Shown: piece by piece, positions 9,369-17,338 of the stretch
Numbering within the stretch: the first letter of the stretch is position 1
Layout: each line of letters opens with the position of its first letter
Source: a virus
Taxonomy: Duplodnaviria; Heunggongvirae; Uroviricota; Caudoviricetes; Peduoviridae
Direction: 5' to 3' (one strand)
IMG/VR virus record: IMGVR_UViG_2974619728_000001
Coordinates: 1-31,834 of that record
Length of the DNA: 31,834 bases
Notes under the pieces: generated by a model
The model's input: only the letters and a program-made list of their open reading frames with translations
The model's database searches: none
Told to the model about the DNA's origin: nothing
Program-made: the position numbers and the translations under genes

Positions 9369-10120
9369 GACGGGTGTTTATGGATGAAAAGTTTTCTATT
9401 TTGAGAAAAAGAGTAAAGCACTCTCAAAAGAAAGTTATGGATTGTATTATTGCTGACCATAATGCTGATATATGTGTGTTATGCGGGAGTTCTGACGATA
9501 TTACTCGTGAGCACATTATTCCTCAGTGGGCCTTTGAGTCAAATGCTGAAAAATCTTTAATTAATAAAAAGAATAATCAGTCAACTCATTACATTAAAGC
9601 CACTGTACCAGCATGCAGAGTGTGCAATTCTGATTTGCTGGGAGTGTTTGAGTATAACCTGAAGAAATTTCTTACGGAAAAGAGGGGAGAGGAGTTAACA
9701 GATTATGAGTATGATTGCATCATATGGTGGTTGCAATACATGGGTTTTAAGTTGCAATTAATGGATTTGCGGAACCGCTTTCTCAGGTATAAAGGTGGTG
9801 ATTATATCCCGTTCCTTGCAAACTTCCCGGTTGCAATGTTTTGGGGGAATGTCGATACGACGCCGGGGGATGTCTTCAGGATTATACGAAAATCGCGACG
9901 CAATCTGATGTCGAAATGGAAGGATAAAAAACATAATTCTTTGATGGTTTTTGAAACATCAAACAAGAGTTTTCATTTCTTTCATAAGGTTGATGAATTT
10001 ATTTTTATTGAAATGCCTCAGGTTAAGAAGGCGTTTTTCTTCTTTTTTAATAAAGAATTTGACAGCCATGATTTAGCTCATGAGGGGTGTATGAAGATTA
10101 TAGAGAAGTGCTACAACTAA
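9365..10120 (+). CDS. AT-rich accessory ORF encoding HNH-type zinc-finger nuclease-like protein, 251 aa, at the position of P2 orf30
   Basis: Residues 37-88 read CVLC...REHIIP...N...H...CRVCN, a CxxC/H/N/CxxC HNH pattern; sequence markedly AT-rich against GC-richer flanks; ATG overlaps S stop. Confidence 0.65.
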   Translation: MRRVFMDEKFSILRKRVKHSQKKVMDCIIADHNADICVLCGSSDDITREHIIPQWAFESNAEKSLINKKNNQSTHYIKATVPACRVCNSDLLGVFEYNLKKFLTEKRGEELTDYEYDCIIWWLQYMGFKLQLMDLRNRFLRYKGGDYIPFLANFPVAMFWGNVDTTPGDVFRIIRKSRRNLMSKWKDKKHNSLMVFETSNKSFHFFHKVDEFIFIEMPQVKKAFFFFFNKEFDSHDLAHEGCMKIIEKCYN

Positions 10121-10197
10121 TATTTATTATGTTGTGTCACAGCTGACAGAATCCTCCATGATTGCTGCTGGTATCGTCCAGCGGCATCCTTCCCGTT
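10121..10197 (+). promoter_or_regulatory. candidate late promoter region for the V-W-J-I-H-G operon
   Basis: 77-bp gap before V; contains partial dyad TGTCACAGCTGACA. Placement inferred from P2 organisation, motif not verified. Confidence 0.35.
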
Positions 10198-10833
10198 ATG
10201 AACACTCTCGCAAATATTCAGGAACTCGCGCGCGCACTGCGCAACATGATTCGTACCGGCCTTGTCGTCGAAACCAACCTTAAAGCCGGTCGCTGCCGTG
10301 TGCAGACCGGCGGCATGTGCACCGACTGGCTTCAGTGGCTGACCCATCGCGCCGGACGTTCGCGCACATGGTGGGCACCTTCCGTGGGGGAACAGGTGCT
10401 GATTCTGGCCGTGGGCGGTGAACTCGACACGGCGTTCGTTCTGCCGGGGATTTATTCCGGCGATAACCCTGCGCCGTCTGCGTCGGCTGATGCCCTGCAT
10501 ATCCGTTTCCCTGACGGGGCGGTGATTGAGTATGAACCCGAAACCAGTGCACTGACGGTAAGCGGAATTAAAACGGCCAGCGTGACGGCTTCTGATTCTG
10601 TTACTGCCACGGTGCCGGTGGTCGCGGTGAAAGCATCAACCCGTGTCACTCTGGACACGCCGGAGGTGGTCTGCACCAACAGGCTGATTACCGGCACGCT
10701 GGAAGTACAGAAGGGCGGGACGATGCGCGGCAACATTGAACACACCGGCGGTGAACTCTCATCAAACGGTAAGGTACTGCATACCCATAAACACCCCGGC
10801 GACAGCGGCGGCACAACCGGGAGTCCTCTATGA
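10198..10833 (+). CDS. V: baseplate spike/assembly protein, P2 gpV-like, 211 aa
   Basis: Start placed at MNTLANIQELARA; matches P2 gpV. Confidence 0.88.
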   Translation: MNTLANIQELARALRNMIRTGLVVETNLKAGRCRVQTGGMCTDWLQWLTHRAGRSRTWWAPSVGEQVLILAVGGELDTAFVLPGIYSGDNPAPSASADALHIRFPDGAVIEYEPETSALTVSGIKTASVTASDSVTATVPVVAVKASTRVTLDTPEVVCTNRLITGTLEVQKGGTMRGNIEHTGGELSSNGKVLHTHKHPGDSGGTTGSPL

Positions 10834-11177
10834 CAGCGCGTTATCTTGGAATGAATCGCAGTGATGGCCTGACGGTCACTGACCTTGAGCATATCAGCCA
10901 GAGTATCGGCGATATCCTGCGCACGCCGGTCGGCTCACGGGTGATGCGTCGTGATTACGGCTCGTTGCTGGCGTCAATGATTGACCAGCCGCAGACCCCG
11001 GCGCTTGAGTTGCAGATTAAGGTCGCCTGTTACATGGCGGTGCTGAAGTGGGAACCCCGCGTCACCCTGTCATCCGTCACCACGGCGCGCAGTTTTGACG
11101 GGCGAATGACGGTCACGTTAACCGGTCAGCACAACGACACCGGCCAGCCACTTTCGTTAACCATCCCTGTGAGTTGA
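10830..11177 (+). CDS. W: baseplate wedge protein, P2 gpW-like, 115 aa
   Basis: Full ORF overlapping V stop; size matches P2 gpW. Confidence 0.88.
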   Translation: MTARYLGMNRSDGLTVTDLEHISQSIGDILRTPVGSRVMRRDYGSLLASMIDQPQTPALELQIKVACYMAVLKWEPRVTLSSVTTARSFDGRMTVTLTGQHNDTGQPLSLTIPVS

Positions 11178-11181
11178 AACC

Positions 11182-12090
11182 ATGCCGATTATCGACCTGA
11201 ACCAGCTACCCGCACCGGATGTGGTTGAGGAGCTGGACTTTGAAACCATTCTTGCCGAACGCAAGGCGACACTGATTTCCCTTTACCCGGAAGACCAGCA
11301 GGAGGCGGTCGCCCGTACCCTGACGCTGGAATCTGAGCCTCTCGTCAAACTGCTGGAGGAAAATGCTTATCGTGAGCTTATCTGGCGTCAGCGTGTGAAT
11401 GAGGCCGCACGGGCGGTGATGCTGGCCTGTGCTGCCGGTAATGACCTTGATGTGATTGGTGCCAATTACAACACCACGCGCCTGATTATCACCCCGGCAG
11501 ATGATTCGACTATCCCGCCGACACCGGCAGTGATGGAGTCTGACACCGATTACCGGCTGCGTATTCAGCAGGCGTTTGAAGGCTTAAGCGTCGCCGGGTC
11601 GGTGGGAGCCTATCAGTATCATGGTCGCAGTGCCGACGGGCGTGTCGCGGATATCTCTGTCACCAGTCCGTCTCCGGCCTGCGTCACCATCTCTGTGCTG
11701 TCACGTGAAAATAACGGCGTCGCATCCGAAGACCTGCTGGCCGTGGTGCGTAACGCCCTTAATGGTGAGGACGTCAGACCGGTGGCCGACCGCGTGACCG
11801 TGCAGTCTGCCGCCATTGTTGAATACCAGATAAACGCCACGCTTTACCTTTACCCTGGTCCCGAAAGCGAACCCATCCGCGCGGCCGCCGTGAAAAAACT
11901 GGAAGCATATATCACGGCACAGCACCGGCTGGGGCGCGACATCCGTTTATCTGCCATTTATGCCGCTTTGCATGTGGAAGGCGTGCAGCGTGTCGAACTG
12001 GCTGCACCACTGGCCGACATTGTGCTCAACAGTACGCAGGCGTCTTTCTGTACCGAATACCGCGTCGTGACCGGAGGCTCGGATGAGTGA
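11182..12090 (+). CDS. J: baseplate protein, P2 gpJ-like, 302 aa
   Basis: Full ORF; order and size match P2 gpJ. Confidence 0.88.
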   Translation: MPIIDLNQLPAPDVVEELDFETILAERKATLISLYPEDQQEAVARTLTLESEPLVKLLEENAYRELIWRQRVNEAARAVMLACAAGNDLDVIGANYNTTRLIITPADDSTIPPTPAVMESDTDYRLRIQQAFEGLSVAGSVGAYQYHGRSADGRVADISVTSPSPACVTISVLSRENNGVASEDLLAVVRNALNGEDVRPVADRVTVQSAAIVEYQINATLYLYPGPESEPIRAAAVKKLEAYITAQHRLGRDIRLSAIYAALHVEGVQRVELAAPLADIVLNSTQASFCTEYRVVTGGSDE

Positions 12091-12613
12091 TTCGCGCCTG
12101 CTGCCGACCGGCTCATCACCGCTTGAAATTGCTGCCGCAAAAGCCTGTGCGGAAATTGAAAAAACGCCGGTCAGTATTCGTGAACTGTGGAACCCGGACA
12201 CCTGCCCGGGAAATCTGCTGCCGTGGCTGGCGTGGGCGTTTTCGGTCGACAGGTGGGATGAAAAGTGGCCGGAAGCGACCAAACGCGCCGTTATTCGCGA
12301 TGCCTATTTCATCCACTGTCATAAAGGCACTATCGGCGCAATCCGGCGTGTGGTGGAGCCGCTCGGCTATCTCATCAACGTGACGGAGTGGTGGGAAAAC
12401 AGTGACCCGCCAGGCACCTTCCGGCTTGATATTGGTGTACTGGAAAGCGGCATCACGGAGGCAATGTATCAGGAAATGGAACGGCTTATTGCTGATGCCA
12501 AACCTGCAAGCCGTCACCTTATTGACCTGAACATTACCCGGGACATTCCCGGCTACCTGTTCGCCGGTGGTGTGGCTTACGACGGCGATGTAATTACGGT
12601 TTACCCCGGATAA
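12083..12613 (+). CDS. I: baseplate protein, P2 gpI-like, 176 aa
   Basis: Full ORF overlapping J 3' end; matches P2 gpI. Confidence 0.88.
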   Translation: MSDSRLLPTGSSPLEIAAAKACAEIEKTPVSIRELWNPDTCPGNLLPWLAWAFSVDRWDEKWPEATKRAVIRDAYFIHCHKGTIGAIRRVVEPLGYLINVTEWWENSDPPGTFRLDIGVLESGITEAMYQEMERLIADAKPASRHLIDLNITRDIPGYLFAGGVAYDGDVITVYPG

Positions 12614-12623
12614 GTGAGGAATA

Positions 12624-14633
12624 ATGAGCACAAAATTCAGAACCGTTATCACCACTGCCGGTGCAGCAAAGCTGGCAGCGGCAACCGCACCGGGAGGGCG
12701 GAAGGTCAACATTACCACGATGGCCGTCGGGGATGGCGGTGGTAAATTGCCTGTCCCGGATGCCGGACAGACCGGGCTTATCCACGAAGTCTGGCGACAT
12801 GCGCTGAACAAAATCAGTCAGGACAAACGAAACAGTAATTATATTATCGCAGAGCTGGTTATTCCGCCGGAGGTGGGCGGTTTCTGGATGCGAGAGCTTG
12901 GCCTGTACGATGATGCGGGAACGTTAATTGCCGTGGCGAACATGGCCGAAAGTTATAAGCCAGCTCTTGCCGAAGGCTCAGGGCGTTCGCAGACCTGCCG
13001 CATGGTCATCATCGTCAGCACTGTGGCCTCAGTGGAGCTGACCATTGACACCACAACGGTGATGGCAACGCAGGATTACGTTGATGACAAAATTGCAGAG
13101 CACGAACAGTCACGACGTCACCCGGACGCCTCACTGACCGCAAAAGGTTTTACTCAGCTAAGCAGCGCGACCAACAGCACGTCTGAAACACTGGCCGCAA
13201 CGCCGAAAGCGGTTAAGGCCGCATATGACCTTGCTAACGGGAAATATACCGCACAGGACGCTACCACAGCGCGAAAAGGTCTTGTCCAGCTAAGTAGTGC
13301 GACCAACAGCATGTCTGAAACGCTCGCCGCAACACCAAAAGCCGTTAAGACGGTAATGGATGAAACGAACAAGAAAGCGCCATTAAACAGCCCTGCACTG
13401 ACCGGAACGCCAACGACGCCAACTGCGCGACAGGGAACGAATAATACTCAGATCGCAAACACGGCTTTCGTTATGGCCGCGATTGCCGCCCTTGTAGACT
13501 CGTCGCCTGACGCACTGAATACGCTGAACGAGCTGGCGGCGGCGCTGGGCAATGACCCGAATTTTGCTACCACCATGACTAATGCGCTTGCGGGTAAGCA
13601 ACCGAAAGATGCCACTTTGACGGCGCTGGCGGGGCTTGCTACTGCGGCAGACAGGTTTCCGTATTTTACGGGGAATGATGTTGCCAGCCTGGCGACCCTG
13701 ACAAAAGTCGGGCGGGATATTCTGGCTAAATCGACCGTTGCCGCCGTTATCGAATATCTCGGTTTACAGGAAACGGTAAACCGAGCCGGGAACGCCGTGC
13801 AAAAAAATGGCGATACCTTGTCCGGTGGACTTACTTTTGAAAACGACTCAATCCTTGCCTGGATTCGAAATACTGACTGGGCGAAGATTGGATTTAAAAA
13901 TGATGCCGATGGTGACACTGATTCATACATGTGGTTTGAAACGGGGGATAACGGCAATGAATATTTCAAATGGAGAAGCCGCCAGAGTACCACAACAAAA
14001 GACCTGATGACGTTGAAATGGGATGCACTAAATATTCTTGTTAATGCCGTCATTAATGGCTGTTTTGGAGTTGGTACGACGAATGCACTAGGTGGTAGCT
14101 CTATTGTTCTTGGTGATAATGATACCGGATTTAAACAGAATGGAGACGGTATTCTTGATGTTTATGCTAACAGTCAGCGTGTATTCCGTTTTCAGAATGG
14201 AGTGGCTATTGCTTTTAAAAATATTCAGGCAGGGGATAGTAAAAAGTTCTCGCTATCCAGCTCTAACACATCCACGAAGAATATTACCTTTAATTTATGG
14301 GGTGCTTCCACCCGTCCAGTGGTTGCAGAATTAGGCGATGAGGCCGGATGGCATTTCTATAGCCAGCGAAATACAGATAACTCGGTAATATTTGCTGTTA
14401 ACGGTCAGATGCAACCCCGCAACTGGGGAAATTTTGATTCCCGCTATGTGAAAGATGTTCGCCTGGGTACGCGAGTTGTTCAATTGATGGCGCGAGGTGA
14501 TCGTTATGAAAAAGCCGGACACACGATTACCGGATTAAGAATCATTGGTGAAGTAGATGGCGATGATGAAGCCATCTTCAGGCCGATACAAAAGTACATC
14601 AATGGCACATGGTATAACGTTGCGCAGGTGTAA
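12624..14633 (+). CDS. H: tail fiber protein, P2 gpH-like, 669 aa
   Basis: MSTKFRTVITTAGAAKLAAATAPG... conserved N-terminus; internal repeats; lower-GC C-terminal region typical of receptor-binding domains. Confidence 0.9.
   Translation: MSTKFRTVITTAGAAKLAAATAPGGRKVNITTMAVGDGGGKLPVPDAGQTGLIHEVWRHALNKISQDKRNSNYIIAELVIPPEVGGFWMRELGLYDDAGTLIAVANMAESYKPALAEGSGRSQTCRMVIIVSTVASVELTIDTTTVMATQDYVDDKIAEHEQSRRHPDASLTAKGFTQLSSATNSTSETLAATPKAVKAAYDLANGKYTAQDATTARKGLVQLSSATNSMSETLAATPKAVKTVMDETNKKAPLNSPALTGTPTTPTARQGTNNTQIANTAFVMAAIAALVDSSPDALNTLNELAAALGNDPNFATTMTNALAGKQPKDATLTALAGLATAADRFPYFTGNDVASLATLTKVGRDILAKSTVAAVIEYLGLQETVNRAGNAVQKNGDTLSGGLTFENDSILAWIRNTDWAKIGFKNDADGDTDSYMWFETGDNGNEYFKWRSRQSTTTKDLMTLKWDALNILVNAVINGCFGVGTTNALGGSSIVLGDNDTGFKQNGDGILDVYANSQRVFRFQNGVAIAFKNIQAGDSKKFSLSSSNTSTKNITFNLWGASTRPVVAELGDEAGWHFYSQRNTDNSVIFAVNGQMQPRNWGNFDSRYVKDVRLGTRVVQLMARGDRYEKAGHTITGLRIIGEVDGDDEAIFRPIQKYINGTWYNVAQV
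13155..13352 (+). repeat. imperfect ~63-bp direct repeat pair inside gene H (protein repeat QLSSATNS(T/M)SETLAATPKAVK)
   Basis: DNA near 13155-13217 and 13290-13352 is near-identical; the two protein copies are visible in the H translation and mirrored in the antisense ORF 13154-13372. Confidence 0.8.
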
Positions 14634-14636
14634 GTT

Positions 14637-15164
14637 ATGCAGCATTTAAAGAACATTAAGTCAGGTAATCCAAAAACAAAAGAGCAATATCAGCTAACAA
14701 AGAATTTTGATGTTATCTGGTTATGGTCCGAAGACGGAAAAAACTGGTATGAGGAAGTGAAGAACTTTCAGCCAGACACAATAAAGATTGTTTACGATGA
14801 AAATAATATTATTGTCGCTATCACCAGAGATGCTTCAACGCTTAATCCTGAAGGTTTTAGCGTTGTTGAGGTTCCTGATATTACTGCCAACCGGCGTGCT
14901 GATGACTCAGGTAAATGGATGTTTAAGGATGGTGCAGTGATTAAGCGGATTTATACGGCAGACGAACAGCAGCAACTGGCAGAATCACAAAAGGCAACTT
15001 TGCTTTCCGAAGCCGAATCCGTGATTTTGCCACTGGAGCGCGCTGTCAGGCTGAATATGGCAACAGATGAGGAGCGCAGTCGACTGGAGGCATGGGAACG
15101 CTACAGCGTTCTGGTCAGTCGTGTGGATCCTGCAAATCCTGAATGGCCGGAAATGCCGCAATAA
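14637..15164 (+). CDS. G: tail fiber assembly chaperone, P2 gpG-like, 175 aa
   Basis: Full ORF directly after H; matches P2 gpG. Confidence 0.88.
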   Translation: MQHLKNIKSGNPKTKEQYQLTKNFDVIWLWSEDGKNWYEEVKNFQPDTIKIVYDENNIIVAITRDASTLNPEGFSVVEVPDITANRRADDSGKWMFKDGAVIKRIYTADEQQQLAESQKATLLSEAESVILPLERAVRLNMATDEERSRLEAWERYSVLVSRVDPANPEWPEMPQ

Positions 15165-15198
15165 GTTGTATGAACTCTGGTGTGAGCTTACATATCTA

Positions 15199-15240
15199 TG
15201 GCACAGAGTAAAGCCTAATCTGGCAGTCCGCTCTGTGCCA
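15199..15240. other. perfect 10-bp inverted repeat (TGGCACAGAG...CTCTGTGCCA) with 22-nt loop in the G-distal intergenic region
   Basis: Seen directly; no flanking T tract, so not a classic terminator. Confidence 0.6.
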
Positions 15241-15357
15241 TTACCGGACATACTGAGCAGAAGGCTAAAAAGGACGCTTTCAGGACATATAGCAAGGGAG
15301 CAAGGATGAAAGAATTAACCCAGTATATTTAATGTTTCAATCATGATAGTTTCTGAA

Positions 15358-15384
15358 TTAAAGGGGGCTATCCACCCCCTTTAA
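15358..15384. terminator. hairpin TTAAAGGGGG-CTATCCA-CCCCCTTTAA between convergent G and the minus-strand accessory genes (likely bidirectional terminator)
   Basis: 10-bp perfect stem and 7-nt loop, immediately 3' of the minus-strand ORF stop (15385-15387) and followed by T-rich sequence on the plus strand. Confidence 0.6.
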
Positions 15385-15663
15385 TTACTTGTTCCACTCA
15401 GTCAGAATTTGGTTACTAACTTCATCTGAGAGATTGTACCAATAAGCTGAGTTATTGGTTGCGTCTACAACAATAAGCTTATCATCACTATCCATGACCG
15501 CCCTCACAATTTTGGCTGCATCCTCGGCAGAGTAACTACAGTTAACATACCAGTTCGATTCAGTTGTTAAAGCCCAATTTCCTAAAGATTTAATTGCATC
15601 ATACACAGCCGCATAATCTTTCGTTTTAATGAGGTCGTAAGTAATAAATAAATTATTAGCCAT
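15385..15663 (-). CDS. AT-rich accessory ORF, hypothetical protein, 92 aa
   Basis: ORF with GGAG about 9 nt upstream of ATG on the minus strand; alternating predicted beta/alpha segments; no recognisable catalytic motif. Confidence 0.55.
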   Translation of the reverse strand: MANNLFITYDLIKTKDYAAVYDAIKSLGNWALTTESNWYVNCSYSAEDAAKIVRAVMDSDDKLIVVDATNNSAYWYNLSDEVSNQILTEWNK

Positions 15664-15680
15664 AAATCATCTCCCAAAGG

Positions 15681-15709
15681 ACAAAGAAAAAAGCGCCTAG
15701 AAAGGCGCT
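15681..15709 (-). terminator. small hairpin (AGCGCC-TAGAAA-GGCGCT) with following U-rich tract on the minus strand, between the two minus-strand accessory ORFs
   Basis: Seen directly; 6-bp stem, then T5CTTTGT in minus-strand sense. Confidence 0.4.
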
Positions 15710-15715
15710 CATATA

Positions 15716-15934
15716 TTAATGGTCTTTAAGCCATGCCTGTACTTTCTTAGCCGAATGACCTACAGCCTGTACGGCTTGAACAAGTTTGGCCTCGCTAACT
15801 CCAAACTTTTCAGCCCAATCACGTCTCTCGTAATCCTGTTTGATACTTATTAAATCATTGTCAGGGGTACCGATTTTGGTCTTATCATCAGCCATTTTAC
15901 TGATTCCTCGTGATACAGGCTTATACCTGCCCAT
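15716..15934 (-). CDS. small accessory protein resembling the DUF3606 family, 72 aa (or 59 aa if started at internal Met, 15895)
   Basis: C-terminal segment ...RRDWAEKFGVSEAKLVQAVQAVGHSAKKVQAWL fits the DUF3606 pattern as I recall it; two alternative ATGs each with a GGAG-like element. Confidence 0.5.
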   Translation of the reverse strand: MGRYKPVSRGISKMADDKTKIGTPDNDLISIKQDYERRDWAEKFGVSEAKLVQAVQAVGHSAKKVQAWLKDH

Positions 15935-16386
15935 TAGTTATATGGCTCCCGTGCTGCTTCGTAAACGTTCAATAATCAAACAATTGACACTGATCATAAA
16001 ACCAGTTGGAGGATTTGACTCTAGCTTGGATATATGATGATGCCACCCTCTTTATATTGTTGTCGGTAACTCACAGACATTGAACTCATGCTGGTGAGTG
16101 AAAGGCTACATAAACGCCCAACATTTAAACTGCCCTCAGCAGCGTTTGCGGAGCAATATACAGGCTTCGTATTCAATCCTTGCCCTACGAGAAACCCTAG
16201 CCGTTGCCTCGTTTTCAAGTGTCAGGAAGTTCTTTGTCAGACCTCATACAGTCTTGGGCTGGGTGAGGTGCATGGGGGAAGTAGAAGCCTTAACTGTTGA
16301 GGTAAATCGAACCATAAGTGTGCAATTTTTCAAGCCCGGCGCTATTTTAGTATTGAAAACAATTAGTACGCCCCCAAGGACAACTC

Positions 16387-17079
16387 ATGATCGAATTTAT
16401 CGCAGAGCATATAAACACAGTAAGTACACTTATCTCCGCTTTGGCAGCATTGCTAACAGCAGTTGCTACATTTTTCTTGTGGAGAGTAACAAGGCTATTA
16501 GCAGACGAGACAAAAAGGATGGTTGACGCATCAGTTCAACCTCATGTCGTTGTGACTCTTGAACCAAATTCTTGGGCTGCTTTTTATTTTGATATCAATA
16601 TTGCTAATACCGGAAATGCCCCAGCCTATGATATTGAAGTCGGATTTAATCCCCCACTGGTTAATGCAGAACATAGAAAAAATAAAGGTATACCATTTAG
16701 CAAGGTTAGCGTATTGAAAAACGGCCATTCCCTCAACAGCAGTCTTTGTAAGTATGACCAGATTAAAGATCAAGTTTATTCTGTTAGTATTAGCTGGTCT
16801 AAACAGCCGGGCTCAACTGAAAGAGAGCGGAATGAGTATTCTTATGATATGGCTTCTTTCGAGGGGGTTAGCTACTTAGGTGCAAGGAGTCCAATGACAC
16901 AGATAGCTGAGCAGATGAAAAAGATTAGAGAAGACTGGAGGCCGATTTCCCAGGGAAGCAAAAAAATTAGAACAGACAACTATAATTCAAGTGACAGAGC
17001 AGAGGAACAACGAGCACGTGAAGAGTGGTATCAGACCACTGTAAAGAAATGGGATAAAGAAAGGCAAAAAGATAACTAA
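16387..17079 (+). CDS. AT-rich accessory membrane-anchored protein, 230 aa, unknown function (Z/fun position)
   Basis: AAGGA 6 nt upstream of ATG; one N-terminal hydrophobic helix (about residues 11-33, TLISALAALLTAVATFFLW); strongly charged C-terminal tail. Confidence 0.65.
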   Translation: MIEFIAEHINTVSTLISALAALLTAVATFFLWRVTRLLADETKRMVDASVQPHVVVTLEPNSWAAFYFDINIANTGNAPAYDIEVGFNPPLVNAEHRKNKGIPFSKVSVLKNGHSLNSSLCKYDQIKDQVYSVSISWSKQPGSTERERNEYSYDMASFEGVSYLGARSPMTQIAEQMKKIREDWRPISQGSKKIRTDNYNSSDRAEEQRAREEWYQTTVKKWDKERQKDN

Positions 17080-17215
17080 TACAATTGACCTGCTCCCCAT
17101 AAATTAGCATACCACAATCTCAGGTTCCTCTTCGCTCAAAACAGGCAGTCAGATTTGATAGCGTTTTGGCTATGTAAATTGTCAGTCGGAAAATGAGTGT
17201 GTACAAATCAGGACA

Positions 17216-17245
17216 GGCGGGCAGATTGCCCGCCTTTTCTTTATC
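17216..17245 (+). terminator. rho-independent terminator after the accessory membrane-protein gene
   Basis: GGCGGGCA-GAT-TGCCCGCC perfect 8-bp stem followed by TTTTCTTTATC. Confidence 0.7.
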
Positions 17246-17338
17246 TGTTGTTTCATCCACTGACCAGCCAGGTCAAATAGCGTCTCATGTACTACCCAAC
17301 GGAAAATAGTTGCACCCATTAACCACGGAGTTAAACGG
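17246..17338 (+). promoter_or_regulatory. candidate late promoter region (P_F) for FI-FII-E-T-U-D
   Basis: Position between terminator and FI start, with GGAG RBS at 17327-17330; inferred from P2 organisation, motif not verified. Confidence 0.4.

Noticed and set aside
13154-14053. Minus-strand ORFs 13154-13372 and 13448-14053 within tail fiber gene H
   Set aside because: Antisense to H; the repeated peptide in 13154-13372 simply mirrors the H internal DNA repeat.
16150-16200. tRNA-like T-arm resemblance (TTCGTATTCAATCC)
   Set aside because: No matching acceptor stem, anticodon arm or CCA context could be built by eye; not a tRNA.
16088-16526. Plus-strand ORFs 16088-16300 and 16098-16526 in the Z/fun-position intergenic region
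   Set aside because: No ribosome-binding sites, basic low-complexity translations, and 16098-16526 overlaps the well-supported 16387 start in another frame; treated as non-coding.
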